Part shown: positions 18,690 to 30,448 of the stretch, piece after piece | Layout: every line of letters starts with the position of its first letter | Position numbering within the stretch: position 1 is the first letter of the stretch | NCBI RefSeq assembly: GCF_003334315.1 | Contig: NZ_QOWR01000045.1 | Length of the DNA stretch: 41,110 bases | From: Escherichia coli | GTDB lineage: Bacteria; Pseudomonadota; Gammaproteobacteria; Enterobacterales; Enterobacteriaceae | Reading direction: 5' to 3' (one strand) | Notes under the pieces: model-generated | What the model was told of the DNA's origin: nothing | The model's input: the letters and a program-made list of their open reading frames with translations, nothing else | Databases searched by the model: none | Made by a program: the position numbers and the translations under genes

Positions 18690-20042
18690 TTAACGCATTG
18701 TCACGAACTCTTCTGCCGCCGTTGGGTGAATGGCGACGGTATTGTCGAAGTCTTTTTTGGTTGCACCCATCTTCAGCGCCACCGCGAAGCCCTGCAACAT
18801 TTCGTCCATACCAAAGCCAATGCCGTGAATACCGACAATCTTCTCTTCCGATCCAACGCACACCAGCTTCATGCGGCACGGCTGGCGGTGAGTGGTGACG
18901 GCGGTATACATCGCGGTGAAAGAGGATTTATACACTTTCACCTGATCGTCGCCATACTGCTCGCGCGCCTGCGGTTCCGTTAAACCAACAGTACCAATCG
19001 GCGGATGGCTGAAGACCACGGTCGGAATGTTGCTGTAATCCAGATGCTCATCCGGCTTGTTATTAAACAGGCGTTCAGAGAGACGGCGACCCGCTGCAAC
19101 TGCTACCGGTGTCAGTTCTACTGCACCCGTGTTATCACCCACCGCGTAAATACCTTCAACGTTGGTGTTTTGATATTTATCGACGACGATATAGCCTTTT
19201 TCGTTGGTTTTAACGCCAGCTGCTTCCAGGTTGATGTTGTCATTGGCAGGCTCACGACCAATCGCCCAAATCAGGCAATCCACCGTTTCACTGCGACCAT
19301 CTTCCAGCTCCAGCGTCAGGCTGCCATCGGCATTTTTCACTACCGCTTTCGGGATGGCGTTGGTGTGCAACTGCGGACCTTCGGCATTCATCACTTCAAC
19401 CAGCGTTTCAGAGATCATCGGGTCGAAGCTGCGCAGCGGCGCATGTTTACGCACAAACAGATGCGTTTTCGCGCCGAGGCCGTTAATCACGCCAGCCAGC
19501 TCAACGGCGATGTAACCCGCGCCAACAACCGCCACGCGCTCTGGCAAAGCAGGAAGGGCGAAGAAGCCATCAGAATCAATACCGTATTCCACGCCCGGAA
19601 TATCCGGGTGGCTCGGACGACCGCCGGTGGCGATCAGAATATGATCGGCCGTGATGGTTTCGCCGTTTACCTCCAGCGTTTTGGCATCAACGAAGCGGGC
19701 AAAGCCTTTGATTACATCAACGTTATTTTTACCGAGCACGTTTTCATAGGAAGTATGAATACGGTCGATATAGGCGGTACGGCTGGCGATCAACGTTTCC
19801 CAGTTGAATTTATTGATAGTGGTATCAAAACCATAATCCGGGCCGTACATATGGATCGCTTCACGGATTTGCGCCGCGTGCCACATCACTTTCTTCGGTA
19901 CGCAGCCGACGTTCACGCAGGTGCCGCCCAGCTCTTTGGCTTCAATCAGCGCGCATTTCTGACCGTACATAGCCGCGCGGTTGATGGAGGCGATACCGCC
20001 GCTGCCGCCGCCGATGGCGATGTAATCATAGTGTTTAGTCAT
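18690..20042 (-). CDS. gor: Glutathione-disulfide reductase
   Basis: 450-aa ORF starting [51 protein letters not shown], with the FAD-binding motif and redox-active CVNVGC. Confidence 0.97.
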   Translation of the reverse strand: MTKHYDYIAIGGGSGGIASINRAAMYGQKCALIEAKELGGTCVNVGCVPKKVMWHAAQIREAIHMYGPDYGFDTTINKFNWETLIASRTAYIDRIHTSYENVLGKNNVDVIKGFARFVDAKTLEVNGETITADHILIATGGRPSHPDIPGVEYGIDSDGFFALPALPERVAVVGAGYIAVELAGVINGLGAKTHLFVRKHAPLRSFDPMISETLVEVMNAEGPQLHTNAIPKAVVKNADGSLTLELEDGRSETVDCLIWAIGREPANDNINLEAAGVKTNEKGYIVVDKYQNTNVEGIYAVGDNTGAVELTPVAVAAGRRLSERLFNNKPDEHLDYSNIPTVVFSHPPIGTVGLTEPQAREQYGDDQVKVYKSSFTAMYTAVTTHRQPCRMKLVCVGSEEKIVGIHGIGFGMDEMLQGFAVALKMGATKKDFDNTVAIHPTAAEEFVTMR

Positions 20043-20113
20043 GACAAAGTGTCCTTATCGTTGATTACCGCGATTGTAGCGCGAGACGTAATAGGTGCCA
20101 GCAATGGCTGCAA

Positions 20114-20956
20114 TTACTCCGGCACGATCCAGCTTACGGTGGCGTGCCCGGTGCCAGCTGGAACCAGTTTGCTGTGCAGCCACGGCAGCACGTTATTCAT
20201 CTGCTGTTCCAGCTTCCACGGCGGGTTAATCACAATCATGCCGGAAGCGGTCATGCCACGGCGATCGCTGTCTGGCAGCACCGCCAGTTCAATTTGCAGA
20301 ATTTTGCGAATGCCGGTTGCTTCCAGGTCGTGGATCATGCGCTTAATTTGCTGGCGCAGCACCACTGGATACCACAATGCGTAAGTGCCAGTGGCGAAAC
20401 GTTTGTAACCTTCTGCTATCCCGCTGACCACCGCCTGATAGTCGGTTTTCATTTCATACGGCGGGTCGATAAGGATTAAACCACGGCGGGAAACCGGCGG
20501 CAGTTTGGCCTTAAGCTGCTGGAAACCGTCGGCTTTTTCCACGCGCGCACGGCTGTCTTTCTGAAATTCAGAACGCAGCAACGGGTAATCGCTCGGGTGC
20601 AGTTCGGTCAGTTGCAGGCTGTCTTGTTCGCGCAGTAGCTGGTGAGCAATCAACGGCGAACCGGGGTAGTAACGCAACTGACCGCTACGGTTGAAGTGTT
20701 TTACCACATTGATGTACGCCTCCAGTTCTGCGGGCAAATCGTCCTGCTGCCAGATACGGGCGATACCTTCGAGATATTCGCCGGTACGCTCGGCATGTTC
20801 GCTGCCTAACTGATAACGCCCGGCCCCTGCGTGGGTATCGAGATAGAGAAACGGTTTATCTTTCTCTTTCAGCGACTCGATGATCAGGCTCTGAACGGTA
20901 TGTTTAAGGACGTCGGCGTGGTTGCCAGCGTGAAAGCTGTGGCGATAACTGAGCAT
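20114..20956 (-). CDS. rlmJ: 23S rRNA m6A2030 methyltransferase RlmJ (YhiR)
   Basis: Internal Met of the 297-aa track ORF gives a 280-aa protein starting MLSYRHSFHAGNHADVLKH; position between gor and prlC. Confidence 0.9.
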   Translation of the reverse strand: MLSYRHSFHAGNHADVLKHTVQSLIIESLKEKDKPFLYLDTHAGAGRYQLGSEHAERTGEYLEGIARIWQQDDLPAELEAYINVVKHFNRSGQLRYYPGSPLIAHQLLREQDSLQLTELHPSDYPLLRSEFQKDSRARVEKADGFQQLKAKLPPVSRRGLILIDPPYEMKTDYQAVVSGIAEGYKRFATGTYALWYPVVLRQQIKRMIHDLEATGIRKILQIELAVLPDSDRRGMTASGMIVINPPWKLEQQMNNVLPWLHSKLVPAGTGHATVSWIVPE

Positions 20957-21158
20957 GGGTAAAGGTGTTCCGGTAAGTAAAAATCGGCCCGTATTCGGGG
21001 CGCACAAAAGCCTATCAGAACAGTATACCGAAAAGAGGCCGCCGCCGCGAAAGCGTAACGTTTCTCATTGAAATTCACTACACTTAACCCCATGCTACAC
21101 ACATTATGTAAAGCGCCTGTTGAGCGCTTCCTTAACCTCTTTAACCAGGACTGCGCTA

Positions 21159-23201
21159 ATGACGAATCCGTTACTGACTCCCTTTGAATTGCCTCCGTTT
21201 TCTAAAATTCTCCCGGAACATGTCGTTCCAGCCGTGACGAAGGCATTGAACGACTGCCGCGAAAATGTGGAGCGCGTAGTAGCGCAAGGGGCACCGTACA
21301 CCTGGGAAAATCTCTGCCAGCCGTTGGCAGAAGTAGACGATGTGCTGGGGCGTATCTTCTCCCCGGTCAGCCACCTGAACTCGGTGAAAAATAGCCCGGA
21401 ACTGCGTGAAGCCTACGAGCAAACCCTGCCGCTGCTGTCGGAATACAGCACCTGGGTAGGGCAACATGAAGGGCTGTATAAAGCGTATCGCGACCTGCGC
21501 GATGGCGATCATTACGCCACGCTGAACACGGCGCAGAAGAAAGCGGTTGATAACGCACTGCGCGACTTCGAACTCTCTGGCATCGGTCTGCCGAAAGAGA
21601 AACAGCAGCGTTACGGCGAAATTGCTACCCGTCTTTCTGAACTGGGCAATCAGTACAGCAACAACGTTCTCGATGCGACGATGGGCTGGACCAAACTCGT
21701 TACCGACGAAGCGGAGCTGGCGGGGATGCCAGAAAGCGCGCTGGCTGCGGCAAAAGCCCAGGCCGAAGCGAAAGAGCTGGAAGGTTATTTGCTGACGCTG
21801 GATATCCCAAGCTACCTGCCGGTAATGACCTACTGCGACAACCAGGCTCTGCGCGAAGAGATGTATCGTGCTTACAGCACCCGCGCCTCCGATCAAGGCC
21901 CGAACGCCGGTAAGTGGGACAACAGCAAGGTGATGGAAGAGATCCTCGCTCTGCGTCACGAACTGGCGCAACTGCTGGGTTTTGAAAACTACGCCTTTAA
22001 ATCCCTTGCCACTAAAATGGCAGAAAACCCGCAGCAGGTGCTGGATTTCTTAACCGATCTGGCAAAACGCGCGCGTCCGCAAGGCGAAAAAGAGCTGGCG
22101 CAACTGCGTGCCTTCGCCAAAGCCGAATTTGGCGTCGATGAGTTGCAGCCGTGGGATATCGCTTACTACAGCGAAAAACAAAAACAGCATCTCTACAGCA
22201 TCAGTGACGAACAGCTGCGTCCGTACTTCCCGGAAAACAAAGCGGTTAACGGCCTGTTTGAAGTGGTAAAACGTATTTACGGCATCACCGCTAAAGAGCG
22301 TAAAGATGTTGATGTCTGGCATCCGGATGTACGTTTCTTCGAACTGTATGACGAGAACAACGAACTGCGCGGCAGCTTCTACCTCGACCTGTATGCCCGT
22401 GAAAACAAGCGCGGCGGGGCGTGGATGGATGACTGCGTAGGCCAGATGCGTAAAGCCGACGGTTCGCTGCAAAAACCGGTCGCGTATCTGACCTGTAACT
22501 TCAACCGCCCGGTGAATGGTAAACCGGCGCTGTTTACCCATGACGAAGTTATCACCCTGTTCCATGAGTTCGGTCACGGCCTGCATCATATGCTGACCCG
22601 CATTGAAACTGCCGGTGTGTCTGGTATCAGCGGGGTGCCGTGGGATGCGGTCGAACTGCCGAGCCAGTTTATGGAAAACTGGTGCTGGGAGCCGGAGGCG
22701 CTGGCGTTTATCTCCGGTCACTATGAAACCGGCGAACCGCTGCCGAAAGAGTTGCTGGATAAAATGCTGGCAGCGAAAAACTACCAGGCGGCGCTGTTTA
22801 TTCTGCGCCAGCTGGAGTTCGGCCTGTTCGATTTCCGCCTCCATGCTGAGTTCCGCCCGGATCAGGGTGCGAAAATCCTCGAAACTCTGGCAGAAATCAA
22901 GAAACTGGTTGCCGTAGTACCGTCTCCATCCTGGGGCCGTTTCCCGCACGCTTTCAGCCATATTTTCGCCGGTGGTTATGCCGCAGGTTACTACAGCTAC
23001 CTGTGGGCTGACGTACTGGCGGCAGATGCTTTCTCGCGCTTTGAGGAAGAGGGCATTTTCAACCGTGAAACCGGGCAGTCGTTCCTCGACAACATTCTGA
23101 GCCGTGGCGGTTCAGAAGAGCCGATGGATCTGTTCAAACGCTTCCGTGGTCGTGAACCGCAGCTGGATGCGATGCTGGAGCATTACGGCATTAAGGGCTG
23201 A
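21159..23201 (+). CDS. prlC: Oligopeptidase A (M3 zinc metallopeptidase)
   Basis: Internal Met of the 693-aa track ORF gives a 680-aa protein starting [17 protein letters not shown], containing the HEFGH zinc-binding motif ([13 protein letters not shown]). Confidence 0.95.
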   Translation: MTNPLLTPFELPPFSKILPEHVVPAVTKALNDCRENVERVVAQGAPYTWENLCQPLAEVDDVLGRIFSPVSHLNSVKNSPELREAYEQTLPLLSEYSTWVGQHEGLYKAYRDLRDGDHYATLNTAQKKAVDNALRDFELSGIGLPKEKQQRYGEIATRLSELGNQYSNNVLDATMGWTKLVTDEAELAGMPESALAAAKAQAEAKELEGYLLTLDIPSYLPVMTYCDNQALREEMYRAYSTRASDQGPNAGKWDNSKVMEEILALRHELAQLLGFENYAFKSLATKMAENPQQVLDFLTDLAKRARPQGEKELAQLRAFAKAEFGVDELQPWDIAYYSEKQKQHLYSISDEQLRPYFPENKAVNGLFEVVKRIYGITAKERKDVDVWHPDVRFFELYDENNELRGSFYLDLYARENKRGGAWMDDCVGQMRKADGSLQKPVAYLTCNFNRPVNGKPALFTHDEVITLFHEFGHGLHHMLTRIETAGVSGISGVPWDAVELPSQFMENWCWEPEALAFISGHYETGEPLPKELLDKMLAAKNYQAALFILRQLEFGLFDFRLHAEFRPDQGAKILETLAEIKKLVAVVPSPSWGRFPHAFSHIFAGGYAAGYYSYLWADVLAADAFSRFEEEGIFNRETGQSFLDNILSRGGSEEPMDLFKRFRGREPQLDAMLEHYGIKG

Positions 23202-23208
23202 TCATTCA

Positions 23209-23961
23209 GTGAAAATCTGCTTAATTGATGAAACAGGCACCGGAGACGGTGCCTTATCTGTTCTGGCGGCCCGCTGGGGGCTGGAGCACGATGAAGACAA
23301 CCTGATGGCGCTGGTGTTAACGCCGGAACATCTGGAATTGCGCAAGCGTGATGAGCCAAAACTTGGCGGCATCTTTGTTGATTTTGTTGGCGGAGCGATG
23401 GCGCACCGACGCAAATTCGGCGGTGGTCGCGGTGAGGCGGTGGCGAAAGCGGTGGGCATTAAAGGCGATTATTTGCCGGATGTGGTGGATGCCACTGCAG
23501 GACTTGGGCGCGATGCCTTTGTACTGGCTTCAGTCGGCTGCCGCGTGCGGATGCTGGAGCGTAATCCAGTGGTTGCCGCGCTACTCGACGACGGCCTGGC
23601 GCGTGGTTATGCGGATGCGGAAATCGGCGGCTGGTTGCAGGAGCGGTTGCAGTTAATTCACGCCTCCAGCCTGACGGCGCTAACCGATATTACCCCACGC
23701 CCGCAGGTGGTCTATCTCGATCCGATGTTCCCGCATAAGCAGAAAAGCGCGCTGGTGAAAAAAGAGATGCGTGTCTTTCAGTCGCTGGTGGGGCCGGATC
23801 TTGATGCCGATGGATTACTGGAGCCTGCACGCTTGCTGGCGACCAAACGCGTGGTGGTAAAGCGCCCGGACTACGCGCCACCGCTAGCGAATGTCGCCAC
23901 GCCAAACGCGGTTGTGACTAAAGGGCATCGCTTTGATATTTATGCAGGTACGCCAGTGTAA
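23209..23961 (+). CDS. rsmJ: 16S rRNA m2G1516 methyltransferase RsmJ (YhiQ), GTG start
   Basis: A GTG at 23209, eight nt after the prlC stop, gives a 250-aa protein [29 protein letters not shown]...; the frame is continuous in the track ORF 23104..23961. Confidence 0.88.
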   Translation: MKICLIDETGTGDGALSVLAARWGLEHDEDNLMALVLTPEHLELRKRDEPKLGGIFVDFVGGAMAHRRKFGGGRGEAVAKAVGIKGDYLPDVVDATAGLGRDAFVLASVGCRVRMLERNPVVAALLDDGLARGYADAEIGGWLQERLQLIHASSLTALTDITPRPQVVYLDPMFPHKQKSALVKKEMRVFQSLVGPDLDADGLLEPARLLATKRVVVKRPDYAPPLANVATPNAVVTKGHRFDIYAGTPV

Positions 23962-23965
23962 AAGT

Positions 23966-23997
23966 AAAGCAGGGTAGCGATAACGCTACCCTGCTTT
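23966..23997. terminator. Bidirectional terminator hairpin between convergent rsmJ and dtpB
   Basis: AAAGCAGGGTAGCG-ATAA-CGCTACCCTGCTTT, a 14-bp perfect stem read directly. Confidence 0.55.
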
Positions 23998-24009
23998 CTG
24001 CAAGAATAA

Positions 24010-25479
24010 TTAATGGCTTTCCGGCGTCGCAATCATGCGTTTCAGCCACGGCACCATTAACAGCATCACTACTGCAACGCCCAGCGTGACCAGACCAATC
24101 TTACCAAACACGTTGGTATAGACGGGCAACGTCTCAAGCGGATCGGTAATGTTGTCCGGCACCGCGGTAAATGTTGCCACATAGCCGCCCAGCAAGAACG
24201 CGGCAGCCTGCGTCAGGAACCACATCCCGAGAATAAAGCCCATCAAATGCTGCGGCACCAGGGCAGCAATCATCGCCAGGCCAAGGGCGCTAATAAACAA
24301 TTCACCCAGGCTCTGGAATAAATACACCAGCACGATAAACCATGGCGATGTCAGCCCCTGGGCATCCGCAAACCACATTCCCGCAGCTGCCGCCGTCAAA
24401 AAGCCCAGTGAGCACATAAACATGCCGAGAGTAAATTTCATCGGCATCGAGAGGTCTTTGCCTTTGTTACCCAGATGCGTGTAAATGCCTGCCAGTATTG
24501 GGCTGGCGAGTACCACCCAGAACGGGTTAAGCGCCTGGAAGCTGACCGGGTTGATGGAAAAGCCGAGAATTTCATGATGCACGTTGTTGATGGCAAAGAA
24601 GTTCAGCGACGTTGGCATCTGGGCGTAGAGAATGTAAAACACCACCGCTTCGAGCATCAGGACAAAGGCGACAAACATTTTATTGCGCCCGGTTTTATCC
24701 AGCTTGAATGCCTGACGAAAGAAGATGATGGTGACGACGATGGAGAGAACAATCAGCACCAGATTGGCGACTTCTACGTTGTGCATCAGCCATGCACAGA
24801 CGAAGATCATCACCACGCTGCCAAGTAACACGTACAACAGTTTGCTGAAGCTCATTGGCCGGAAGTCGGGTTCAGAACCAATGTCTTTCACCATTCCACG
24901 ACAGGCGATGTAAACCAGTAATGCGATAATTAACCCCGCCCCGCACAGGTTGTAGGTGACTGAATAACCGAATCTATCAGCGATCACAGGGGCCAGCGAT
25001 AACGCTATCAACGAGCCGATGTTGATCGACATATAGAACAGGGTGAATGCGCCATCAAGCCGCGGATCTTTCGGCGGATAGCACTTCGAAAGCAAGCTGG
25101 CTGGGTTAGCTTTAAACAGGCCGTTACCTACAGCGATAGTCCCCAGGGCGATGAAAATCAGGTCAGGCTTAAGTAGCGACATGCCGGTCATGAAGTAGCC
25201 AATCGCCAGCACAAGTGCTCCGAGAACAATGGTGCGTTTGGTCCCCAGCAGGTGGTCGCCGACATAGCCGCCAATGGAAATGAGGCCATAGACCAGCGCA
25301 GCAAAAGCACCAAAAGTGACAAAAGCCTGCTCTTGCGAGAATCCAAGCTGTTTAACGAAGAAAACCGCCAGTACGCCCTGCACGCCGTAGTAGCCGAATC
25401 GCTCCCATAACTCGACAAAAAAGATCATGAAAAATGGGCGAGGTTGCTGCAGCATCCCCATGGGTGTTGTTGTATTCAT
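24010..25479 (-). CDS. dtpB: Proton-dependent di/tripeptide transporter DtpB (YhiP), POT family
   Basis: 489-aa polytopic ORF starting [41 protein letters not shown], which carries the POT/PTR2 signature. Confidence 0.95.
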
Positions 25480-25684
25480 ATTTATTAACCTTCCAATACC
25501 ATCCTGAAAAGTATGAACGCGTAAGGGATAACGCGCGAAAAAGTTTACATCTGTCAGAGATTCTTAATATTGATGCGGTGAATAGATTAATACACTATTA
25601 CAACAGAAAATAACCAGCTGATCACACTAATGATGGAAAATATGATGGTGTTAAATATTGTATTGGCTGGGGATTTTGATTGCG

Positions 25685-25735
25685 TACGCAGACCGTAGGC
25701 CAGATAAGGTGTTTACGCTGCATCAGGTAACAAGG
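25685..25735. repeat. REP-like palindromic unit
   Basis: GTAGGCCAGATAAGGTGTTTACGCTGCATCAGGTA resembles the REP consensus seen in the BIMEs elsewhere in the window. Confidence 0.4.
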
Positions 25736-25740
25736 CGCGC

Positions 25741-25770
25741 CAAAAAGCAAAACGCCCGCATATGCGGGCG
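25741..25770 (-). terminator. Rho-independent terminator of uspA
   Basis: Minus strand: CGCCCGCA-TA-TGCGGGCG stem followed by TTTTGCTTTTT, directly downstream of the uspA stop. Confidence 0.55.
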
Positions 25771-25796
25771 TTCAGGAACACGTCGTGGAGGGAAGA

Positions 25797-26231
25797 TTAT
25801 TCTTCTTCGTCGCGCAGCGGAACAATCAGCATATCAACGTGAACGGTGTTGATCAGCTGACGTGCGGAAGACATCAGTTTGCTCCAGAAGTCCTGGTGGT
25901 GACCACAAACCACCAGATCCATATCGTATTTCTTGATTGCATCGACCAGAACCTGGCCCAGGTCGCCGCTGCCGCTCAGGGTTTCAGTGATTGGGTAGCC
26001 TGCATTAGTGGAAAGCTCGGTCAGCGCATGATGTGTCTCTTCAGAGATGCGTTTCTGCATATCACCCAGATTCACATCAATAAGCCCGGTGTATAGGTCA
26101 GAGTAGTTTACATCTACGTGGATCAGAGAAACTTTCGCATTGTAGGGGCGAGCCATAGAGACTGCTTTCTCTACCAGAACTTTGCTTTCCGGGGAGAGAT
26201 CGACCGCGATGAGAATGTGTTTATAAGCCAT
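25797..26231 (-). CDS. uspA: Universal stress protein A
   Basis: 144-aa ORF starting [47 protein letters not shown]. Confidence 0.97.
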
Positions 26232-26621
26232 AGTGTTACTCCTTCCATAAAGTTGTCGATGACTGGCCAGCTAGCGTTTCTTGTGCCGTTACGTCACCCG
26301 CGTCCTGCGAACTACGTGCGCGGGGCTAACCCAGCCGTAAAGATTCAGTGTTAAGACCATCCTTACCTTATAGCGACCCGGATGATCCGTCAATCCGCCT
26401 TGCTTACCCGTTAGATAAACAAATTTTCGACATGAATATATTGATAGTGGTTAACCTTCTGGAAAAAAAACAACCTGATCTCCTACACTATCTATAGAGC
26501 CGCTCGGATGTTGGTCACCACAAAAGCGGTTTCTCCAGGACCTGGTGTTAACTGATTGGCAGCGTATCGGGAGCGGTAGCCCCGGGGTGGAACTCCGCGG
26601 GCAGGTCGCCGGGGAGGAGGT

Positions 26622-26957
26622 ATGATAAGCACCGTCGCATTATTTTGGGCTTTATGTGTCGTTTGCATTGTTAACATGGCGCGCTATTTCTCATCACTAC
26701 GCGCGTTGTTAGTGGTACTGCGTAACTGCGATCCATTGCTCTATCAATATGTTGATGGAGGGGGCTTTTTTACCTCACATGGCCAACCCAACAAACAGGT
26801 GCGTCTCGTTTGGTATATCTATGCCCAACGTTATCGCGATCATCACGATGATGAATTTATTCGCCGCTGTGAGCGGGTGCGTCGGCAGTTTATTCTGACC
26901 AGCGCATTGTGTGGTCTGGTGGTGGTCAGCCTGATTGCATTGATGATTTGGCATTAA
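26622..26957 (+). CDS. uspB: Universal stress protein B (small inner membrane protein)
   Basis: 111-aa ORF starting [47 protein letters not shown]; divergent from uspA. Confidence 0.93.
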
Positions 26958-27027
26958 GCACTTCAGCAATAATAACGCATAAAAAAAGCGGGTCAGTAAA
27001 CTGACCCGCTCGAGACTGATTACAAAC

Positions 27028-27148
27028 GCAAAATTGCCTGATGCGCTACGCTTATCAGGCCTACATAATCTCTGCAATCTATTGAATTTGCATGTTTTTG
27101 TAGGCCGGATAAGGCGTTCACGCCGCATCCGGCATGAACAAAGCGCAC
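27028..27148. repeat. BIME/REP-type palindromic repeat element
   Basis: GCAAAATTGCCTGATGCGCTACGCTTATCAGGCCTAC...TTGAATTTGCA...GTAGGCCGGATAAGGCGTTCACGCCGCATCCGGCA...AAAGCGCAC: two inverted REP units with a linker. Confidence 0.6.
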
Positions 27149-27200
27149 TATGTCACAATCTGAAGCGGGCCAGCTGACCCGCTCGTTTTGGTGCGTACGA

Positions 27201-28700
27201 TTACAGGAACTGCAAGGAGAGCCAGTACAGCCCGCCGGAAAGCAGTACCGCAGCCGGAAGGGTAAACACCCAGGCCATCAGAATGCTGGTCACGGTTTTA
27301 CGCTGTAAGCCGCCACCATCTACCACCATCGTCCCCGCGACAGAAGAGGAGAGTACGTGAGTAGTGGAAACCGGCATCCCGGTATAACTCGCCAGGCCGA
27401 TAGACACTGCCGCCGTCATCTGGGCAGACATCCCCTGAGCGTAGGTCATGCCTTTCTTACCGATTTTCTCACCGATAGTCGTTGCCACACGGCGCCAGCC
27501 AATCATCGTACCGATACCTAACGCCAGCGCGACCGCCATGATGATCCACACCGGTGCATACTCGATGGTGCTAAGCATGTCGGACTTCAGTTTCTTCAAC
27601 AGGCGCTGATCGTCAGCACTCACGCCAGGCATCTTCACCACTTTGTCGATAGTGTCAGAAACGCACAGCATAATGCGGCGCATCTGGCTACGTTGATCAA
27701 GCGACAGCTTGTCGTAGCTTTCCACATCGGTGGTCAACATACCTTTCAGGCGGTTGAGCGCGTTAATGGTATTCGACGGATGGCAGTGGAACTCCGCAGG
27801 TTGCGTTGCGCCAGCTTCCGGAGCCGGTACTAACTGATCAGCACCGGTAGCCTGTTTGAGCAGCGCAGGATGCTGCTCAAAGTAAGCTTCGACGTTGTTG
27901 ATGGCATCACGGGTACGGGTGATTTCGTAGCCAGTGGCATTCATGTTCACCACGAAGCCTGCTGGCGCGACGCCAATCAATACCAACATAACCAGACCAA
28001 TGCCTTTCTGACCATCGTTCGCGCCGTGCGAAAACGCCACGCCGATAGCGGAAAGGATCAGCGCGATACGCGTCCAGAATGGCGGCTTTTTCTTGCCGTC
28101 TTTCTTTTCACGCTCCGCTGGGGTCAGGTGGATACGGGCGCGTTTCTTGGTGCCGCTCCAGTAGCGACGCAGCAAGAAAATCAGACCGCCAGCAAACACC
28201 AGGCCGACAATAGGGGAAACGATCAGAGAACCGAAAATACTTAATACTTTCGGGATATTGAGTGCATCCACCACTGACGTCCCGGTCATCAACGCATTGG
28301 TTAAACCAATCCCGATGATCGCGCCAATCAGCGTATGAGAGCTGGATGCAGGTAAACCAAAGTACCAGGTACCCAGGTTCCAGATAATCGCCGCCAGCAA
28401 CATAGAGAACACCATGGCAAGGCCATGAGACGATCCCATATTAAGCAGCAGATCCGTCGGCAGCATATGCACAATGGCATAGGCAACACTCAGACCACCC
28501 AGCAAAACACCCAAAAAGTTGAACACCGCCGCCATAACCACGGCGAGCTGAGAACGCATCGCGCGGGTATAGATAACGGTTGCCACGGCGTTGGCTGTGT
28601 CATGGAAACCATTGATGGCTTCGTAGAACAGCACAAAAGCCAGTGCAAGCAATAATAACAGCCCGGTATGCAAATCCAGGCCAGCAAACAAATGTAGCAT
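27201..28700 (-). CDS. pitA: Low-affinity inorganic phosphate (metal-phosphate:H+) transporter PitA
   Basis: 499-aa ORF starting [45 protein letters not shown], which carries the PiT family signature. Confidence 0.95.
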
Positions 28701-28931
28701 AGGACGTTACGCCATTTTGAGGACATGAACGCGGCGCATTATCAGTGACTTTCGCGGCGCGGGCAAAGTGAAATATAGACTTTTTTTGATTTGCCTCCTG
28801 TATGGATTTCACTCAAAAAATAATTATCTTATATAATTCAGGCAAATACTTCCTTTTAGTAATATTGATGCTGGTGCGACCACTGAGGAATCTTTACAAT
28901 TCACGCCCGTTTTTTCTAAGAGGAGCGCAAC

Positions 28932-30134
28932 GTGGAAAGGTTTGATGCCATTATTATAGGCGCTGGTGCGGCGGGTATGTTCTGTTCTGCGCTGGCAGGT
29001 CAGGCAGGACGCCGGGTTCTGCTGATCGATAATGGTAAAAAACCAGGGCGCAAAATCCTTATGTCTGGCGGTGGGCGCTGCAACTTTACCAACCTTTATG
29101 TCGAACCAGGCGCTTATCTGAGCCAGAATCCGCATTTTTGTAAGTCTGCACTCGCACGTTTTACCCAGTGGGATTTCATTGATCTGGTCAATAAACACGG
29201 CATCGCCTGGCACGAGAAAACGTTAGGGCAACTCTTCTGCGATGACTCCGCGCAGCAGATTGTCGACATGCTGGTGGATGAGTGCGAGAAGGGCAATGTG
29301 ACCTTCAGATTGCGTAGCGAAGTGCTGAGTGTGGCGAAGGATGAAACAGGCTTCACGCTTGATCTGAACGGCATGACTGTCGGTTGCGAAAAGCTGGTCA
29401 TCGCGACTGGTGGGCTGTCAATGCCGGGGCTGGGCGCGTCGCCGTTTGGTTATAAGATTGCCGAACAATTTGGCCTCAACGTGCTGCCGACCCGTGCGGG
29501 TCTGGTGCCATTCACTCTGCATAAACCGTTGCTCGAAGAGTTACAGGTGCTGGCGGGCGTGGCGGTGCCTTCCGTGATTACCGCTGAAAACGGCACCGTT
29601 TTCCGTGAGAACTTACTCTTCACCCACCGCGGCTTATCTGGACCGGCGGTGTTGCAGATTTCCAGCTACTGGCAACCGGGTGAATTTGTCAGTATCAATC
29701 TGCTACCGGATGTGGACCTCGAAACCTTCCTGAATGAGCAGCGTAACGCACATCCGAATCAGAGCCTGAAAAACACACTGGCGGTTCATCTACCGAAGCG
29801 GTTGGTTGAACGCTTACAGCAACTCGGGCAAATCCCGGATGTTTCGCTAAAACAGCTCAACGTGCGTGACCAACAGGCACTGATTAGCACATTGACCGAC
29901 TGGCGCGTACAACCCAACGGCACTGAAGGCTATCGCACTGCCGAAGTGACGCTCGGCGGCGTGGACACCAACGAACTCTCTTCACGGACGATGGAAGCGC
30001 GCAAAGTGCCTGGGCTGTACTTCATCGGCGAAGTGATGGACGTCACCGGCTGGCTGGGGGGCTATAACTTCCAGTGGGCGTGGTCGAGTGCGTGGGCTTG
30101 TGCGCAGGATTTGATTGCAGCAAAGTCGTCCTGA
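28932..30134 (+). CDS. yhiN: FAD-dependent (HI0933/BaiN-like) oxidoreductase YhiN, GTG start
   Basis: 400-aa ORF starting (V)ERFDAIIIGAGAAGMFCSALAGQAGRRVLLIDNGKKPGRKILMSGGGRCNFTN with an N-terminal Rossmann FAD-binding motif and an AAGAGGAG RBS upstream. Confidence 0.9.
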   Translation: MERFDAIIIGAGAAGMFCSALAGQAGRRVLLIDNGKKPGRKILMSGGGRCNFTNLYVEPGAYLSQNPHFCKSALARFTQWDFIDLVNKHGIAWHEKTLGQLFCDDSAQQIVDMLVDECEKGNVTFRLRSEVLSVAKDETGFTLDLNGMTVGCEKLVIATGGLSMPGLGASPFGYKIAEQFGLNVLPTRAGLVPFTLHKPLLEELQVLAGVAVPSVITAENGTVFRENLLFTHRGLSGPAVLQISSYWQPGEFVSINLLPDVDLETFLNEQRNAHPNQSLKNTLAVHLPKRLVERLQQLGQIPDVSLKQLNVRDQQALISTLTDWRVQPNGTEGYRTAEVTLGGVDTNELSSRTMEARKVPGLYFIGEVMDVTGWLGGYNFQWAWSSAWACAQDLIAAKSS

Positions 30135-30448
30135 CCTATTTCCTAAAGATGAAAATTATTAGAGTCGCATTAAAAATGAGCTAATTTTGATAGTGGTTAT
30201 CTTGTGATTATTTTCTAATGAGCCCGTGAACTGAAACCCTCCATGCTTAATATAAGGTGGATGGAAAGGTGATTGAAAACTCACCCAGTGGCCAGATCTT
30301 TATGAAATATGAACAGGTTGAAAAAAACAGTAACTTTGCTGTTTTTTATACTTAACCACTATGCATTAATGCTGCGTTATTTCATGATGCCTAAGAAAAA
30401 CCAGCGTTACGCAAATGGTCAACGCTGGTTTTATCCGGTACGTTGCAA

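Noticed and set aside
19005-20384. 459-aa ORF on the plus strand
   Set aside because: It lies entirely antisense to the highly conserved gor and rlmJ coding sequences, and its translation is low-complexity and Arg-rich. It is a typical spurious antisense ORF in GC-rich coding DNA.
21171-22961. Minus-strand ORFs of 266 aa and 303 aa (21171..21971 and 22050..22961)
   Set aside because: Both are antisense to prlC, whose zinc-metallopeptidase frame is intact and conserved. They have no RBS and no recognisable motifs.
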